A DNA stretch of 63,703 bases, filler included, from Octopus bimaculoides (GCF_001194135.2; 4 parts of 4 records of this genome joined end to end with filler, not necessarily neighbours in it), one strand, 5' to 3'; shown: positions 1 to 14,985, counted from the whole stretch's first letter. Program-made: numbers and translations. The notes: generated by a model not told the origin, from the sequence alone.

Positions 1-1480
1 TATATATAAGTTATGAGTGAAAGTTGTGTCAATTAGAACCAGAGGTTTCAGGTAATGCTGAGTAAGTGCTGTGGATAGACAATATTTAAGCTCCAATTTC
101 GGTGATTTTACAAACAAGGGGTCCAACGCAGGTCGTATATCAGCGAAATACATAGTTTTTTACACAGTGTTATTCAATCAAGGGTTCTGTTTAAAGTGAC
201 CTAAAAGCAGGGGAAAAGCGTCTAAGTCATTATCAGTATGATTCTTCTTGATGAATAATAAATTTGTAATCCCCAATGTATGGAGTGACCCTTCAGATTA
301 ATGTAAAATTGCTTTTACTATAACTGAACATAACACATTAATATATATAAACACACACTTACATACGTGTAAATTTCACATATAGAGGTGAAATTTTAAA
401 ATCATTCTCTATCTCTATATATTTGTCTCTTCTCTCTTTCTTTCTTTCTTTCTTTATTTCTTTCTCTTTTTCTTTCTTTCTTTCTTTCTCTCTCTCTCAC
501 TCTCTGTATATATATATACATATATATATATGGGGGAGGGGTGGGACTTCCGTTAATATATCACTCCATTGCTTTTTGTTTGCGCAAGCACTTACAAGTA
601 TACAAATATCTATCTTATTGATCGTAAGTGGCATGTTAGATCTTTCTCTTGATGTCATTAATTTGCTCCAGCAAAGTATTTTGAATATTTTAAAAATAAT
701 TGATATCAATATGATCTTACACGCCATATTATTTCTATTTGTAACTACAGAAAAAAGAATTAGTGGAATGTATAAACTTCTAAAGGTTATCGGACGAGTA
801 ATAAATGTCAAACAGAACTTCTGAAACAGAGAAAAATGGCAAACCATGGAGATCACATAGAAGGAGATGTATCTTTGATTTTAATGAAACAATAACGTAC
901 AATAATGGAAAATCATGAATAGGACCTCAAAAGATGTAAAACTGATTGCAAAATGGGAACTTTTGCACCATGAGATCAAGTTTGCTGCAAGATATTGCAA
1001 TCCTGAACATAGTCTTAACAATTATTTTGTATTTTATTATTATAACTATTACTGTGCTCTTGTAGTTGCATTTATTGTTCAACAAAATGTCAACTGAGAA
1101 GTTACATCATCAAAATCATTCTGTCGTTGACTCTTCCAGATTTTCGGGTGTTTAGAACTACTACATTAAATATGATATTTTCCCGTTCATTGTACTTTTG
1201 CAGAAGAATAAGCAGCAATTTTCCGCATGTACTGCAACACTGTTGCTGGTCTCTCAGCATATATCAGGTGTGTTATAGCGGAAATATACGAAACCAAGTC
1301 TATCCAACTGTAGTATTTCCGTCTTTTCCTCGTGAATAATACACCACATACTACTCCGCATTTTACAGTAATTTACCCTTCCAATCTGTCATTTCGATTT
1401 CGATAAAAATGAGGGCATATTCAAACAAATTTAATAGCTACTATTTCAAAGTTCAGTGACATTCTATTCATTTTTCTTTT

Positions 1481-1994
1481 TTTCTTTTTACTTGTTTCAG
1501 TCATTTGATTGCGGCCATGCTGGGGCACCGCCTTTAGTCGAGTAAATCGACCCCAGGACTTATTCTTTGTATGCCTAGTACTTATTATATCGGTCACTTT
1601 TGCCGAACCGCTAAGTTACGGAGACGTAAAAACACCAGCATCGGTTGTCAAGCGATGTTGGAGGGGACAAACACAGACACACTAACACATACACACACAT
1701 ACATACATACATACATACATGCACATATATATANNNNNNNNNNNNNNNNNNNNNNNNNNNNNNNNNNNNNNNNNNNNNNNNNNNNNNNNNNNNNNNNNNN
1801 NNNNNNNNNNNNNNATATATATACACATATATACGACAGGCTTCTTTCAGTTTGCGTCTACCAAATCCATTCACAACGCTTGGTCCGCCCGAGGCTATAG
1901 TAGAAGACACCTGCCTAAGATGTCACGCAGTGGGAATGAAACGGGAACCATGTGGTTGGTAACAGGCTACTTACCAAACAGCCACTCTGCGCCT
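1481..1994 (-). mobile_element. tRNA-derived SINE family A, near full length, with central (TA/CA)n and an N gap
   Basis: Minus-strand head reads aggcgcagagtggctgtttggtaag...gtttcattcccactgcgtgac (A/B-box-like), followed by ..ttaggcaggtgtcttctactatagcc. The same body recurs at 38550, 43005 and 61229. Confidence 0.85.
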
Positions 1995-2655
1995 ATTTCC
2001 AAATCATGACAGTGACGAAAACGTGTAAATTGAGTCTTCCTAAATACCACGTTGTTTTGTCTGTTGTTGGCTACACAACGGTTGGTTCTGATTGACAAGG
2101 TATTCTTGAAAAGCGCTCGATCTGTGATCTGTCCACATTTTTCATAAATTCAGAGCATTGAGATACATAAAATTAGGTATGTTCTTCAATTTAGAGTAAA
2201 ACAGTTTGATACGATAGAAATTTAGAACACGCCGAACGAACACTTGCAAACTACTATGATATGGGAAGAATTTACATCACAATCATATTCTAAAAATGAT
2301 AAAAAATTAGTCGAAAGATCACAATGTCGCGGGAGCAAACAATGTTTGTTGTTATATGCGCTTAATTGTTATAATATGTTGTATTATCAAAACATCACAG
2401 ACTAATATAATTAGTTGCACAATGACTACCACCGATAATGATTTTTATGAAGATAATAATTATTATCTCTATAACTATAATAATAGAGATAAATTCTAAA
2501 TCATTAGCGCTTACACTAACATAAACATAACAATACAATAAAACACGGTGCAGTAAGACATATATCTAAACATACGTCATTACATACATAAATAAATACA
2601 TATATGTATACATACATATGGAGATGCATATAAATTTATGTATATGAGTATATAC

Positions 2656-2693
<38 letters not shown>

Positions 2694-4794
2694 TGCATTA
2701 TATAAACGTATATGTATATATAATATNNNNNNNNNNNNNNNNNNNNNNNNNNNNNNNNNNNNNNNNNNNNNNNNNNNNNNNNNNNNNNNNNNNNNNNNNN
2801 NNNNNNNNNNNNNNNNNNNNNNNNNNNNNNNNNNNNNNNNNNNNNNNNNNNNNNNNNAGTGAGTTTACGTTCGTTTCTATGTACCATGGTGAGGGAAATA
2901 TATATTTCCCTTTCTTAACTAATGAAATAATTGCTTGCTAGCGCAAAATACACACTTTTTGTTGTCATTTTTCCTCAATTTTCTTATCGACTACATAAAA
3001 TAAACTACGGTTTACCCGCCAAATTACCTGTTGCCGTAGACCTTTTACCACATCTATCCCTTAGAGGCTTTAAACACCTTTAACTTAAACGTGAATATAT
3101 ATATATATATATATATGCATACACAAGCCGTCACATGTAATCACGCATGATGTCAGAGCAGAACTGATTATTCTTCCCCAAATAAATATGAAAAAACTTC
3201 ATCAGCAATGCTCTCCTTCCTCGTGGAGCAACAGAAAATCATTGGTACAAACCTGATCACTCATACACGCCTCCTTCAGGTTATTTCTGCCTCAGCTAAC
3301 GGAATTTTATGAACAGAACATAAAATGTACTAGAGGAGTTCACAATGAGTTCAATTCCTATACAGAGCTCTAAAATGAGATGATCCGTCATAAAAGCGAA
3401 AGATTTGGATGATCTCCAGTTCTCAAGCTCATGAATATTAATATTGTCTCTCAATAACAATAGTCAATGTCTTTTGTGTTCAGAACCTACTCTTACAGTG
3501 TTACGATTCTAATTCCATAACTTAGTCTTCTTCAAAAGTTTTGTGCTTTTATGTGATTATATTGTATCGTGTGTATTTAGAAATAGTTATTTTCAGCTGT
3601 TCTTTATTGTTATCTTGCTCTTCTCTTTTTTTTTTGTAAATGCTCTTAGGCAACCAATCTTACTTAATAATATGAAGATCAATGGGAAAATGACTCTCGT
3701 AATACGAAATTTCGCGTTACGGCCAGCTTTTCAGAGACGCACTATTTCCACTAAGCGAGGAATTCCTGCCTTTCTAAATAGTGTTGTCAGATGTGCAATA
3801 TTAGTCATTGCTTCCAACTTTGCCCTTTAATCCCCTTACACTTTACTTTGCGTTTTATCACAAATTCTTCTACAATGCAATCACAATCACGCCATATGCT
3901 TCACGTAGTTGTTTGAGGAAAACTTATTTACAGTAGTTTCAGACTCCTTCCTCGACAATTTCTACAATTGTGATCGCTGTAAATCTTATATTTGCTTATT
4001 TTAATGTTCGACATTAAGATCGCATGTCCCAACCAAAGAAAACACGACTCCAGCTCTTTAAACTAAATAATGAAGATATTTGCACGCTCTAGTGCCTCGT
4101 GGTTTTGGCTAGTATCTCACTAAAGAATGTTCATTTCCGATCGTTGCTGGTGCACCTGGCAGCTTCGCAGTAATTAGCATCTTTCTACGCTGTATTATCT
4201 CCTGGTTTTTGGTAGAATCTCAATAAAGAGTGGCTAATTTCGTTCGTTCATAGGAAAACTGGCAGTTTATCAGGTTTATGATGTGCCCATAATACATTGT
4301 GTGTTATGTATTAGTCGGAGTGCTGTCCTCGTCTTGGTCGTTGAAGAAGTAAAACTATATAATCATTAGAAGAAAGAGCATAATAGTATTCTGTATAGGG
4401 ACAACATAACGGAATTCTGAAAATCTTCCCCGACAGGAAATAATGATAAAAATAATAATGAATTTTTAGAAATTCGGTAAGAACATATGCACCAAGATAA
4501 CTTTTAAGTTTAGAAAATTAACAAATAATTTTGTTATCAAGTCAGGAATTAGATTCATATAATGAATATGAGATTTATTATAGTTAGGTTGAACTGAGAC
4601 TCAAGGTTAAGTAGATATGTTTTTAGGCATTCAACGACAGATATACGAAGGCAAATATAGGGGGAAAATTATTATTAATATTATTATTGCTATTATCATT
4701 ATTATTACTATTATAATTATTATTATTCTTGTTGTTGTTGTTAATATTATCCTGCACACGCATGCACACACGCATGCACACACAAACATACACT

Positions 4795-6240
4795 ATTCTC
4801 AACTGGAAGAGTACATGGAGAAACAAGATTACGACATTTAGAATGCACAACCCAAAATTCTGACAAATGAATAGAGAATACGGAGTGATAATTTCTAAAA
4901 CTAGAATATCATTGTTAACATATTTACCATGGGACTAGAAAAATATCAAGTAAAATCACAAAGGGAAACATGCAATTGCATAAAAAGTTTACGAATAAAA
5001 CAAACATGTAAATGTTTGCTTTTCAGGGATGCCAAGAAATATAAACCACAGGCTGAAGTAACTGACACAAATTAGCATGGAGAAGCAAGCGCAACAATAA
5101 CAAGAAAACGAAAACATTTAAAATGCCGAAAGAGCTGAAAACGGGATTAAGAATGACATGCTAAAGCGATAGGAAGTAAATCACTAACATGTCCTATACC
5201 TGACAAGACTGAAAATTGCAAAAGTGATTAATAGAAAAACTTAGCAGAAGCTTCAGAGTGCGTGAATCAAAGTTTAGACCAAAGGAAAATTTATTGCAGT
5301 ACGATAATCTAAAAATAAAAATAAAAATAAAAACATAAAAACATAAGATGAACCATGATAGAAAGACTAACAGCAGAATATGTGAAAGAAGGTTGAGCAG
5401 AAGCAATCAATCAAATCGTTTACAGAGATCCAGTTTTAGTTGCAATACAATATATATGTATGCATGCATGTGTGTGTGAGTGTGTGTGCATATATATGCA
5501 TACACACGTATTATATGTATGTTTGTGCATATATATNNNNNNNNNNNNNNNNNNNNNNNNNNNNNNNNNNNNNNNNNNNNNNNNNNNNNNNNNNNNNNNN
5601 NNNNNNNNNNNNNNNNNNNNNNNNNNNNNNNNNNNNNNNNNNNNNNNNNNNNNNNNNNNNNNNNNNNNNNNNNNNNNNNNNNNNNNNNNNNNNNNNNNNN
5701 NNNNNNNNNNNNNNNNNNNNNNNNNNNNNNNNNNNNNNNNNNNNNNNNNNNNNNNNNNNNNNNNNNNNNNNNNNNNNNNNNNNNNNNNNNNNNNNNNNNN
5801 NNNNNNNNNNNNNNNNNNNNNNNNNNNNNNNNNNNNNNNNNNNNNNNNNNNNNNNNNNNNNNNNNNNNNATTTATATCGCCGTATAGTGGAATTGAAGCA
5901 AACATTTTGAAATCCCGAATGAAAAAAGTGATGCAACAAATGTGCGTAAGAAAACGTGTGACGGAGAATGACTAAGGAGTGTACTCTCAGATATGCCAAT
6001 ATGTATAGACAGAGAGATTAAGGCAAACTCAGAGGATATTGTTGTCAAAAGGCAGTCAAGAAACGATACGTCTTATAATCGATTTATCAATTTCAACCGA
6101 CAGCATAATATCTCCGAATGCATTGTTTAAATTATCGAAATTTAAAGGTCAGGAAGTAGAAGAAGGAGGTATGCAGAGATTGAAAACAGATATATCAAAA
6201 AGAGAGGAAGCTAAACCAATATGGAAGAGACGCAGCATGT
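4795..6240 (+). mobile_element. Decayed R4/Dong-like non-LTR retrotransposon, C-terminal region (gap inside)
   Basis: RMHNPK-like motif near 4840. ORF 6039-6242 (IRLIIDLSISTDSIISPNALFKLSKFKG) resembles the restriction-like endonuclease region of R4/Dong LINEs. Many stops and frameshifts. Confidence 0.6.
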
Positions 6241-6406
6241 AAGACTATAAGACATTGCGCACATAGAAAGCTCAATGCAATAAACAAAAAAGGTCAAAAC
6301 AAAGCACAAACCACCTTTGAACTAAAACTTAACTGCCGCATGAGTTGTGAAATCACGCTAATAATAGTAATGGTTCAACATTTTGGCACAAAACAAGCAA
6401 ATCCAT

Positions 6407-6545
6407 GGAAGGGGGAAAGTCGATTACATTGAGTCCAGCATTCAGCTTGCATTTATTTTAACAACCCACCAAAAGGATGAAAGGCAAGGTCGACCTTTGC
6501 GGAAATGGTATTCAGAACATAAAGACGGACGAAATTCCACCGTGG
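6407..6545 (-). mobile_element. SINE family B, partial
   Basis: Reverse complement of the family-B core: aaaaggatgaaaggcaaggtcgacc...gacggacgaaatt. Confidence 0.8.
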
Positions 6546-6689
6546 AAATAGATTTCACGATTTCAGGGTCGATGACATAACTACAGGTTTAGTAAAGTGG
6601 CCGACGTAATCGACTAGCCCGCTGTCCCAACACTTTAGATCTTCGGTGTACAGTTGGAAGAATTTCTATTAATGTTATTAATTTAGTGT

Positions 6690-7075
6690 GTAATGCGGCG
6701 AGCTGGCAGAATCGTTAGCACGCCGGGCAAACTGCGTAGCAGTATCTCTTCTGCTGCTACCTTCCGTGTTCAATTTCCACCGAGGTCGAATTTGCCTTTC
6801 ATCCTTACGGGGTCAATAAATGAAGTACCAATTGAGTACTGGAGTCGATGTAATCAAATACCCCTCCCAAAAAAATCCAGGCCTTACCTGTAGTAAAAAG
6901 GACTATTAATTTAGTGAGTAAGTTGCCCGGCTAGCAGAATCGTAACCTCGCTGGACAAAATGCTTAGCGTCATTTCGCTCGTCTTTACTTCTGAGTGTGG
7001 ACGAATTCCGCTGAGGTCGACTTTACGTTTCATATTTTCGTGTCGATAAAATAAGTACCGGTTGGCAATTGTTTC
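6690..7075 (+). mobile_element. Two tandem SINE family B copies (about 6690-6905 and 6915-7075)
   Basis: gcggcgagctggcagaatcgttagcacgccgggc...gaggtcgaatttgcctttcatccttacggggtcaataaatgaagtacc, then a second, more diverged copy. The central gcctttcatcct..ggggtcgataaa..aagtacc resembles the MetaSINE central domain as I recall it (unverified). Confidence 0.85.
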
Positions 7076-7077
7076 TA

Positions 7078-8900
7078 TAGATTTGAGTAAGCTCAAGATC
7101 CTTTATAGTGTTATCATTGTCAAGTAGTGGGGAGGTATTAGCTGTCAGTTTACCGCGTCTTAATATAGTTTTTGCACACTTATCCATATTGATATTATCA
7201 ATGCATTGATTCACAGTTACCAGTAACGATTTCAGATACTTGTCATCTTTTGCATATAATTTCAGATCATCTATGCAGAACAAGTGTGAGATGATCTTAT
7301 CAAACAATTTGTTCCCCCTAATTTGTTCTATACAACAAGTGAGACAAGGGAATAAGGGCGAGACAGAAGAAAAGAGGGGAGCAGGAATCGTCCTGGAATA
7401 TTCCATGACACATAGCTGTCATTATGATCCAGCTATGTGGGTAATTGTTAAACGCCTTAAAATAGTCAATCCATTCTATGATATGACTTCGTCTTTTTGA
7501 TTAGCAGTTTTCACGAATCATACTTTATTAACAGCATTGCAGTCACATGGTTTCTTTTGCACCATTTTGTTCAAGACGAAATGTGTTGTTTCAATCGAGA
7601 ATTTGGTGCATCCATTCGATGAGGATGCATGTAAGTAATCTGTACATAGTTACCAAACAACTGATCGGCCTATATTTGTTTGGATCTTTTGTGTCACTTG
7701 TTTGGGGAGTAGGTATGCTATCCCTAAATGTTGACTGGCTTTGAGTCCTTTAGGGGTTCCTGATGATATGGCGGTTTGATGATGAGGCTATTATGCCAGA
7801 ATTTATGAGCTTTAGATAGGGCCTGAATTAATTCTTACTTTGTAATATTTTGCCATTCCTGTTCTTCAATTTCACTCATTCATTATTCTCCTCTCCCTAC
7901 CCATTTAACTTCCTCGTTAAATTCCTTTCTATTGCTCTATTTACTTTCCAAAAATGTCAGTATTTCACGAGGGTCTTTTACTTCGATTGACTGTTTCCCT
8001 AACTCTCTGTAGAATTACTTAGCATCCATTTGAAATATTTTATTTCGTCTGTAAAATGTGTTTCTGCTTTCATAACTGTGTAAGCCGTAAGCGTTGGGCA
8101 TTAAACCTGAACTTCTTGCTTGACCATCTCTTTTGCCTCAAGACTTCATTCATCTTTACCTGATTGTACTTTTATTTCATCTTTCTTTTTATCCATTCTC
8201 GTGTTTACATTATTTCCTTTGTTTACCTAAAGCCGATAATTCTCGTGAGAATCTCTGGATTTCCTTACTTATTCTCTTTTTACCTTGGCGGTTCGGGTGC
8301 TGTTTTCGGAGTTTTTTCTTTAGTCTGACGCCTTTTCTCTATATGGAAGCAATAAATATTGAGTATATAAAATAGTTTAATGAAGTTAAGTCTGTCTCAG
8401 TTTCAAAGAGAAGCTGCTTCATGGCATAGTCATATATGTTGAACGTATAACAATTTGATTTGCTGTTCTGAAACTTTGGTAATTGATCTCATTCAGTTGT
8501 AGATGTTTAGAAACGTCTAACAATATATCGACATTTACCTCTAGTATCTTCTGTTTATTGGCTTCAACCATTGCAGCTTCAAGTTCCTTTTTAGTTTCTG
8601 TTACCTCATCGTCAGCCATCTACTACTTCATGTTCTAAGAACCCTACCTTATGTTGAAAGTTGTATCTATCAATATATTGATAATAATTATCAGTTCATT
8701 ATTCCCAGTGCCTGCATCTACTGTTTCAGCCCGATTTTCTGGGATGGAAGTGATATTATTTTTCCTTGTTTCTAATTCTGCAGATGTTAGATGTTTTTTT
8801 TACGCTTGGTGTTTATGCTTACTCAGTTGTATTACCTCCTAACTGGTCCAGTGCTATGTAGAATGCTGTCATGACTTGTTCACAATCCCCTGACACTCAT
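7078..8900 (-). mobile_element. Decayed R4/Dong-like LINE (RT region and upstream ORF)
   Basis: ORF 7023-7406(-) contains KIISHLFCIDDLKLYAKDD...MDKCAKTILRRGKL, a degenerate YMDD RT motif in R4/Dong-type context. More coding-like remnants continue to about 8.9 kb. Confidence 0.75.
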
Positions 8901-8999
8901 CTATATCTTTTGATGTTTCTTTTGTTTTGGTGTTTATTATAAGGTGTCAGAGTTGATTTCTCGGTTCTAATTTCCCATTATTATTATTATGTTGTCTTT

Positions 9000-9605
9000 T
9001 TTCTTCTTTCTTCAAATTTTCTTCCATTTCTCGCCGAGTGGTTTCCGTACACCTAGGGCATAGAGGCTCATTGTATGCATTCCCAGTTTATACACGCAAA
9101 TTCACAGGTAAAATATGTATTTAAAAAAAAGTTAATTAATTAAAAAATTCATGAATGGATGTTGTTTTCACAGTGATAATGCTCTTCTAAGTACATGAGT
9201 CGTTCCACAAAGTGACACTGGAGTAAAATACACAAAGCCCAGTATACCTATCATGATTGCCCGACTGATAATGGCACACCGGGCACATGCATCACATCCA
9301 TATGTGCGCGTGATGGTGATCTTATATCAATGTAAACAGCGCATGAACTTGCAAGTGGGGGCCAAGTTAGAAATCTCTTCAGGTCGAGTAGCCCATCCCG
9401 CTCAAAAAGTCTCTGAACAAGTGTTGCTTAAGGATGTTCAACGAAGCAACCATGTTTCCAGATGTGAATAATTCAAACCCCAAATAATTCCTCTCAACTC
9501 ATGGCTATGATACTTCCACACTACTACTGTTCGTGATTAGAGATGCAAATATCATCAACCACTAAAAGGCATGCTCAACTGATTATGGTCAAACAACTGA
9601 TAAAA
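9000..9605 (-). mobile_element. Interspersed repeat, possibly the 5' UTR of the adjacent LINE
   Basis: More GC-rich non-coding block directly upstream of the minus-strand LINE ORF remnants. The link to the LINE is inferred from position only. Confidence 0.35.
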
Positions 9606-12600
9606 TATATGTGATATCGAGGAGAATATTTGCTGTAGCCCATCAGTTACACATCAAACACAAAACAAGGTGTAGCCCATCAAATAAAAAAACGTGTACA
9701 TGATCACATTTCCAAACATTTAAGATCAGAAACCATGACAGCCAGTGCCTGGTATTGCATCCATTATTATTGTTGTTCTTGTTCTTGTTTTTGTTGTTAT
9801 TATGATTGTCATTATTAGTGTTGTTTTTGTAAGGGTCTTACAATATTCAAGAAAATAGCTGTTTCCATAACTATTTGTATTTCGGTATCTGCTGACGATA
9901 CTTTTTCAGCTTCAAATGCATCGAAGCACAAGCTCTAATGCTAACTAGGATTATTGTAATTTTTGTGGAAGAATACGCCCTCTACCTGGAATCTCAGTTT
10001 TTGGTTCTGCAGGGACGGTTATTTTTTCTGAATCTCTTTAAAGCCAATGCTTTGTTCTCTTGTAACGATAATACTATACGGATATATTGGCATTCTTATC
10101 TATTCCTTTGCAGAACTACACTATATAGTATGTTATTCTTATTCGGCTTTGCGTGTTTAAATAATGCAGTTGGAAAATAACGTAGGGTTGTCTGTTAACA
10201 ATGACATTTGCAAGGACACAAGAACAGATCTATATTGCTTATACAAATATCAGTGAATATAGAGACTAGCGCTGTCATATTACCTTTTATACTGTATGCA
10301 CGAATGAGCCCTACTCAGTAAGTTCGTAAGAATTCGAGACTGTAATATTGAATTCATATAAATAATAACTCGCACAGTTTTAATCATGTTTTATAGTGTT
10401 TGGATTGGTGAAAAAATAGCCACCTGTACGGCGAAAATCGTCATATTATGTATATCTTTCCTTCTCAAAAACAAAACAAAACAAAGCAAAATTATAACTA
10501 TAATTACTTTAAAGATTATTCCTGACAATAATAATTGGTACTGAAATCATCTACGTAGTGATCGATATCTGATGAATCGAAGCTACTCTCGCTTAAATTG
10601 TACCCTACTATCTTAGAGTTGGTAAACAATGTATTAGTTTAACCGGGGATATTACATCTAAACTCGGAAAGCAATGGTCATTGTGTGAATGCACTTGATT
10701 TCATATCGGAAACAGCACAAAACATACGTCAGAAAAATCAATATTTTTGATGTTTATTAGCCTTCATATTAATCTACTCATTCTTTGTATTGATTTCATT
10801 ATAACTAAATGGATCTTGCTATAATGAAAGAGGCAGTTTAGCCGAAAGAATCGGTCAAAGTACGGACAATATGACTGACAATATAGTCATGTCCCTCTAC
10901 CTACTGTGCACTTCAGCTGTTAATATTCGATACAAGAAGTGCCAGTTAATGAGTACTGAGTTTGTCGATATAATAATATATGACAACATTCCCAAAATGG
11001 GTGATCGAACATATCGGCTGCTTTCTTTCTATATAAAAAGAAAAGCGAGCTAATACTGTATCTAAGTGAGAAATTACTATTGTGTTTGTTGTTTCTGCTG
11101 TATGTGCGAGCGCACGCGTGTGTGTGCTTGTATTCATATTTCGATGTACGTTGTGTTGTGTCTAACGAATCAATTCAATTATTCTCTTCGTTGCTGTCTA
11201 GCTAGTTATAATGATTTCATATAACGAATATAAAAGAAACACACATCATGTGCTGATAAGCTTCAAATGACGATACAATACATCAAACGGCGTTGTAACA
11301 GGAAAATAAATCAACTTCTTGTCGAAACAAGAAGTGAAACTGACCAAAAGTGAAAAAAAGTTAATGGAGGAAATTAGATTATTAGTAGCTTACGCAAAAT
11401 ATCATAGCCGACCTTAGCAAAAACAGCACTTTGTTCCTGCCCACAAAAACACTGTAAGGTTTATATTTGTGCTGTTTTACATCTATATTGTTCTATGTAA
11501 TTTGGAATTGTACAGAAATCAATGTTCGATGTATTAGAAGGAAACTACAAACGTCTGCACATCGACTTCAAACAACAATTGCTTTAGTTGTCTTGGTTAG
11601 ATGTTTTTGTTCTTATTCTTTAGTATTCCTTCACTACTCCAATCATTTTATCTCATTTTATTTGATTATTAATATTATTTTTTATTCTGATAGGTATCAT
11701 TTTGAAGTAGAGTGACCATTGTCGGATACAATTAGATAGGAGTCGAACAAATACATTTAGATTTCTTTTTTTGATGCTGTTAGTCGTGTGCTATTGGTGG
11801 TGTTGGTGGAACTTTGTCGTTTGATTGATTAGAATACTATAAATGTATAAAATGTTGAGTATTTTCTTAGATCAGTATAAAGCTCACACATACGCATACA
11901 TACACTCACATTTCAATTTCTCTCTCTCTCTGAACTTATATATTGGTATAGAGATATCAGTATTTATACAATTATATGTATACGCACATATATGTGTGTA
12001 TGTATGCATATANNNNNNNNNNNNNNNNNNNNNNNNNNNNNNNNNNNNNNNNNNNNNNNNNNNNNNNNNNNNNNNNNNNNNNNNNNNNNNNNNNNNNNNN
12101 NNNNNNNNNNNNNNNNNNNNNNNNNNTATATATATACAATGGGAGAGAGAGAGAGATGGTGAGAGAGAGAGAGAAATGGAATGAGAGGCAGACAGGCAGA
12201 GACAGAAAAACGAAAAAGGAAGAGGGTGAGAGAGGAGCATATGTATCTGCGTTAGCGTTACTTTAAAGTGGCACATTATAGTGATTGATAGGCTTTCAAT
12301 TTCTGTCAAGTCAAATCGCATGTCCTTCTTCATAAGTTTTGGGTGTCTGATCAATGAACACCGGGTCCAATTTTTTGTGCATGTATTTGAACATTTTTCT
12401 TTTTTTTTATTTGCAGCAGTTTTAGGTTTCCTATTCGTTCTTATCTAAAATATAAGGATAAATTGAATGAAATATAGGATAAATTATGAATCAGTCATAT
12501 CGTTATTCATTATAAGTTCAAGCTGTTACATAAACGTTATCCAGTAAAACAGGTTTATCTTTCTATCTATAACTAAAATGACGCAATTTTGAAATTGATC

Positions 12601-14604
12601 AATTCTGTTAAGAAATGAATACATGTAAATCTCTAAATTCCTAATATATGCTTCTAGATTTTGTGTTATATGTTATGCTCTTTGAAAGGTTATTAAGGAT
12701 GTAAATATATGAATAAGTATTTTAAGCAACCTCACAAATTAAGGTGTAAAATGATTTGAAATTTAAAGTTTTATGTGGACCCAAACGACTTAACTCCTAT
12801 TAATAAAAGAATAAGATTTTCTATTGAAAGGAAATTCATCTTAAACTTCTTTAGTTCCAGGGCAGCAGACTCACATGTTTATTTTCTGCTACATTAAATA
12901 TGTATGTAAAATTAAATCATAATCAATGAAATCAGATGATTGAAACCTCTGAACCTAGAGTGTAAGTTTAGGTTACCGACATAGAGTCAAGGGAGATATT
13001 TTAGATAGAAGCAATAATGATTTGTTAAATAACTCATATCTGTAATTTGTACCGTGGTTGTGTAGACGCCACTTCTTGCAACTTTTCCACATACAAGAAA
13101 TGGTTGTTTAATCTTTTATAACATAAAACTCGTAAACCAGGGGTCTCGTAATGCGGTTTCTCGTAAAGTGAGGTGTTATATTTCTAGCTACCTGCAAACA
13201 AGTAGCATTAGTGCTACCTAATGCATTGGCAAACATTTCTGTCGGTATGTCCACAGTAGACTTTCTTTAGCAATTTACTCATTATAGTACTTGCTTTAAT
13301 TGAGCCTTTGCAAAAATATGACTAACATTCAATATAATCTCTCACATGTATGTTTATATATATATATATATATATATATNNNNNNNNNNNNNNNNNNNNN
13401 NNNNNNNNNNNNNNNNNNNNNNNNNNNNNNNNNNNNNNNNNNNNNNNNNNNNNNNNNNNNNNNNNNNNNNNNNNNNNNNNNNNNNNNNNNNNNNNNNNNN
13501 NNNNNNNNNNNNNNNNNNNNNNNNNNNNNNNNNNNNNNNNNNNNNNNNNNNNNNNNNNNNNNNNNNNNNNNNNNNNNNNNNNNNNNNNNNNNNNNNNNNN
13601 NNNNNNNNNNNNNNNNNNNNNNNNNNNNNNNNNNNNNNNNNNNNNNNNNNNNNNNNNNNNNNNNNNNNNNNNNNNNNNNNNNNNNNNNNNNNNNNNNNNN
13701 NNNNNNNNNNNNNNNNNNNNNNNNNNNNNNNNNNNNNNNNNNNNNNNNNNNNNNNNNNNNNNNNNNNNNNNNNNNNNNNNNNNNNNNNNNNNNNNNNNNN
13801 NNNNNNNNNNNNNNNNNNNNNNNNNNNNNNNNNNNNNNNNNNNNNNNNNNNNNNNNNNNNNNNNNNNNNNNNNNNNNNNNNNNNNNNNNNNNNNNNNNNN
13901 NNNNNNNNNNNNNNNNNNNNNNNNNNNNNNNNNNNNNNNNNNNNNNNNNNNNNNNNNNNNNNNNNNNNNNNNNNNNNNNNNNNNNNNNNNNNNNNNNNNN
14001 NNNNNNNNNNNNNNNNNNNNNNNNNNNNNNNNNNNNNNNNNNNNNNNNNNNNNNNNNNNNNNNNNNNNNNNNNNNNNNNNNNNNNNNNNNNNNNNNNNNN
14101 NNNNNNNNNNNNNNNNNNNNNNNNNNNNNNNNNNNNNNNNNNNNNNNNNNNNNNNNNNNNNNNNNNNNNNNCTCTATCTTTTTATTTCTCTGATATTCTT
14201 TATCTATCATGCAATACATCACTCATTTAACATATACAAACGTGTGCTGCGCGTGTATATATATATATATAAAGTTATAAATAATACCATGTAAATGTAT
14301 TTTGGATAGAAACATTCTAAGTATGCCTACGGAAGTGGGTCCTTGTGGCATTTACAATCCAAAAGGGTTTTTCGATTTATTATTTACATGCTATTACGTA
14401 CATCTTTAATTTTTTTTTTCACTTTCTCTCGGAAATTTATGAATTCTGAAGATGTTAGCAGCACACAGACAGAAAGACAGACTGAGAGACTGACAAGCAG
14501 ATAGACAGACAGACACGCCACACATGCATATATTCACGTCTCATATTTAATACAATGAAATATAAATGTACTACCCCTCAGTCACAATCAATACTCATGC
14601 GCTC

Positions 14605-14985
14605 TTTCAAGGCGGCGCGCTAGCAGAAATGTTAGCACGCCGGGCAAAAGTTTAAGCAGCATTTCGCAAAATGCTAAGAAGCCTGCTCGTTGGTTAATAT
14701 TTAACAGCTGCGGTACTAAGGCAGCATAATGATTTCCCCTATAAAATGGGGCTAGAATGAATGGTTTAGACAATAATTTTTATTGTGCGGATGCTTAGAT
14801 GATTTAAGGGGACGGAAAGAGCCTATTACGTACTGAGTTCAAATTCCTCCGAGATCGACTTTGCTTTTCGTCCTTTCGATGTTCGATAAAATAAGTGCCA
14901 TTTCAGCAATAGGATCCTTGTGATCGGCTAACCACCTTCTCCGAAATATCTGGCCCTGTGCCAAAATTTTAAACCAATATTTATG
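14605..14985 (+). mobile_element. SINE family B split by about 130 bp of other sequence
   Basis: Head aaggcggcgcgctagcagaaatgttagcacgccgggc at 14609. The core ctgagttcaaattcctccgagatcgactttgcttttcgtcctttcg resumes at about 14833. Confidence 0.7.

Noticed and set aside
9480-9605. HDV-like ribozyme at the putative LINE 5' end
   Set aside because: I could not build the nested double-pseudoknot pairings by eye. A covariance or pattern search would be needed.
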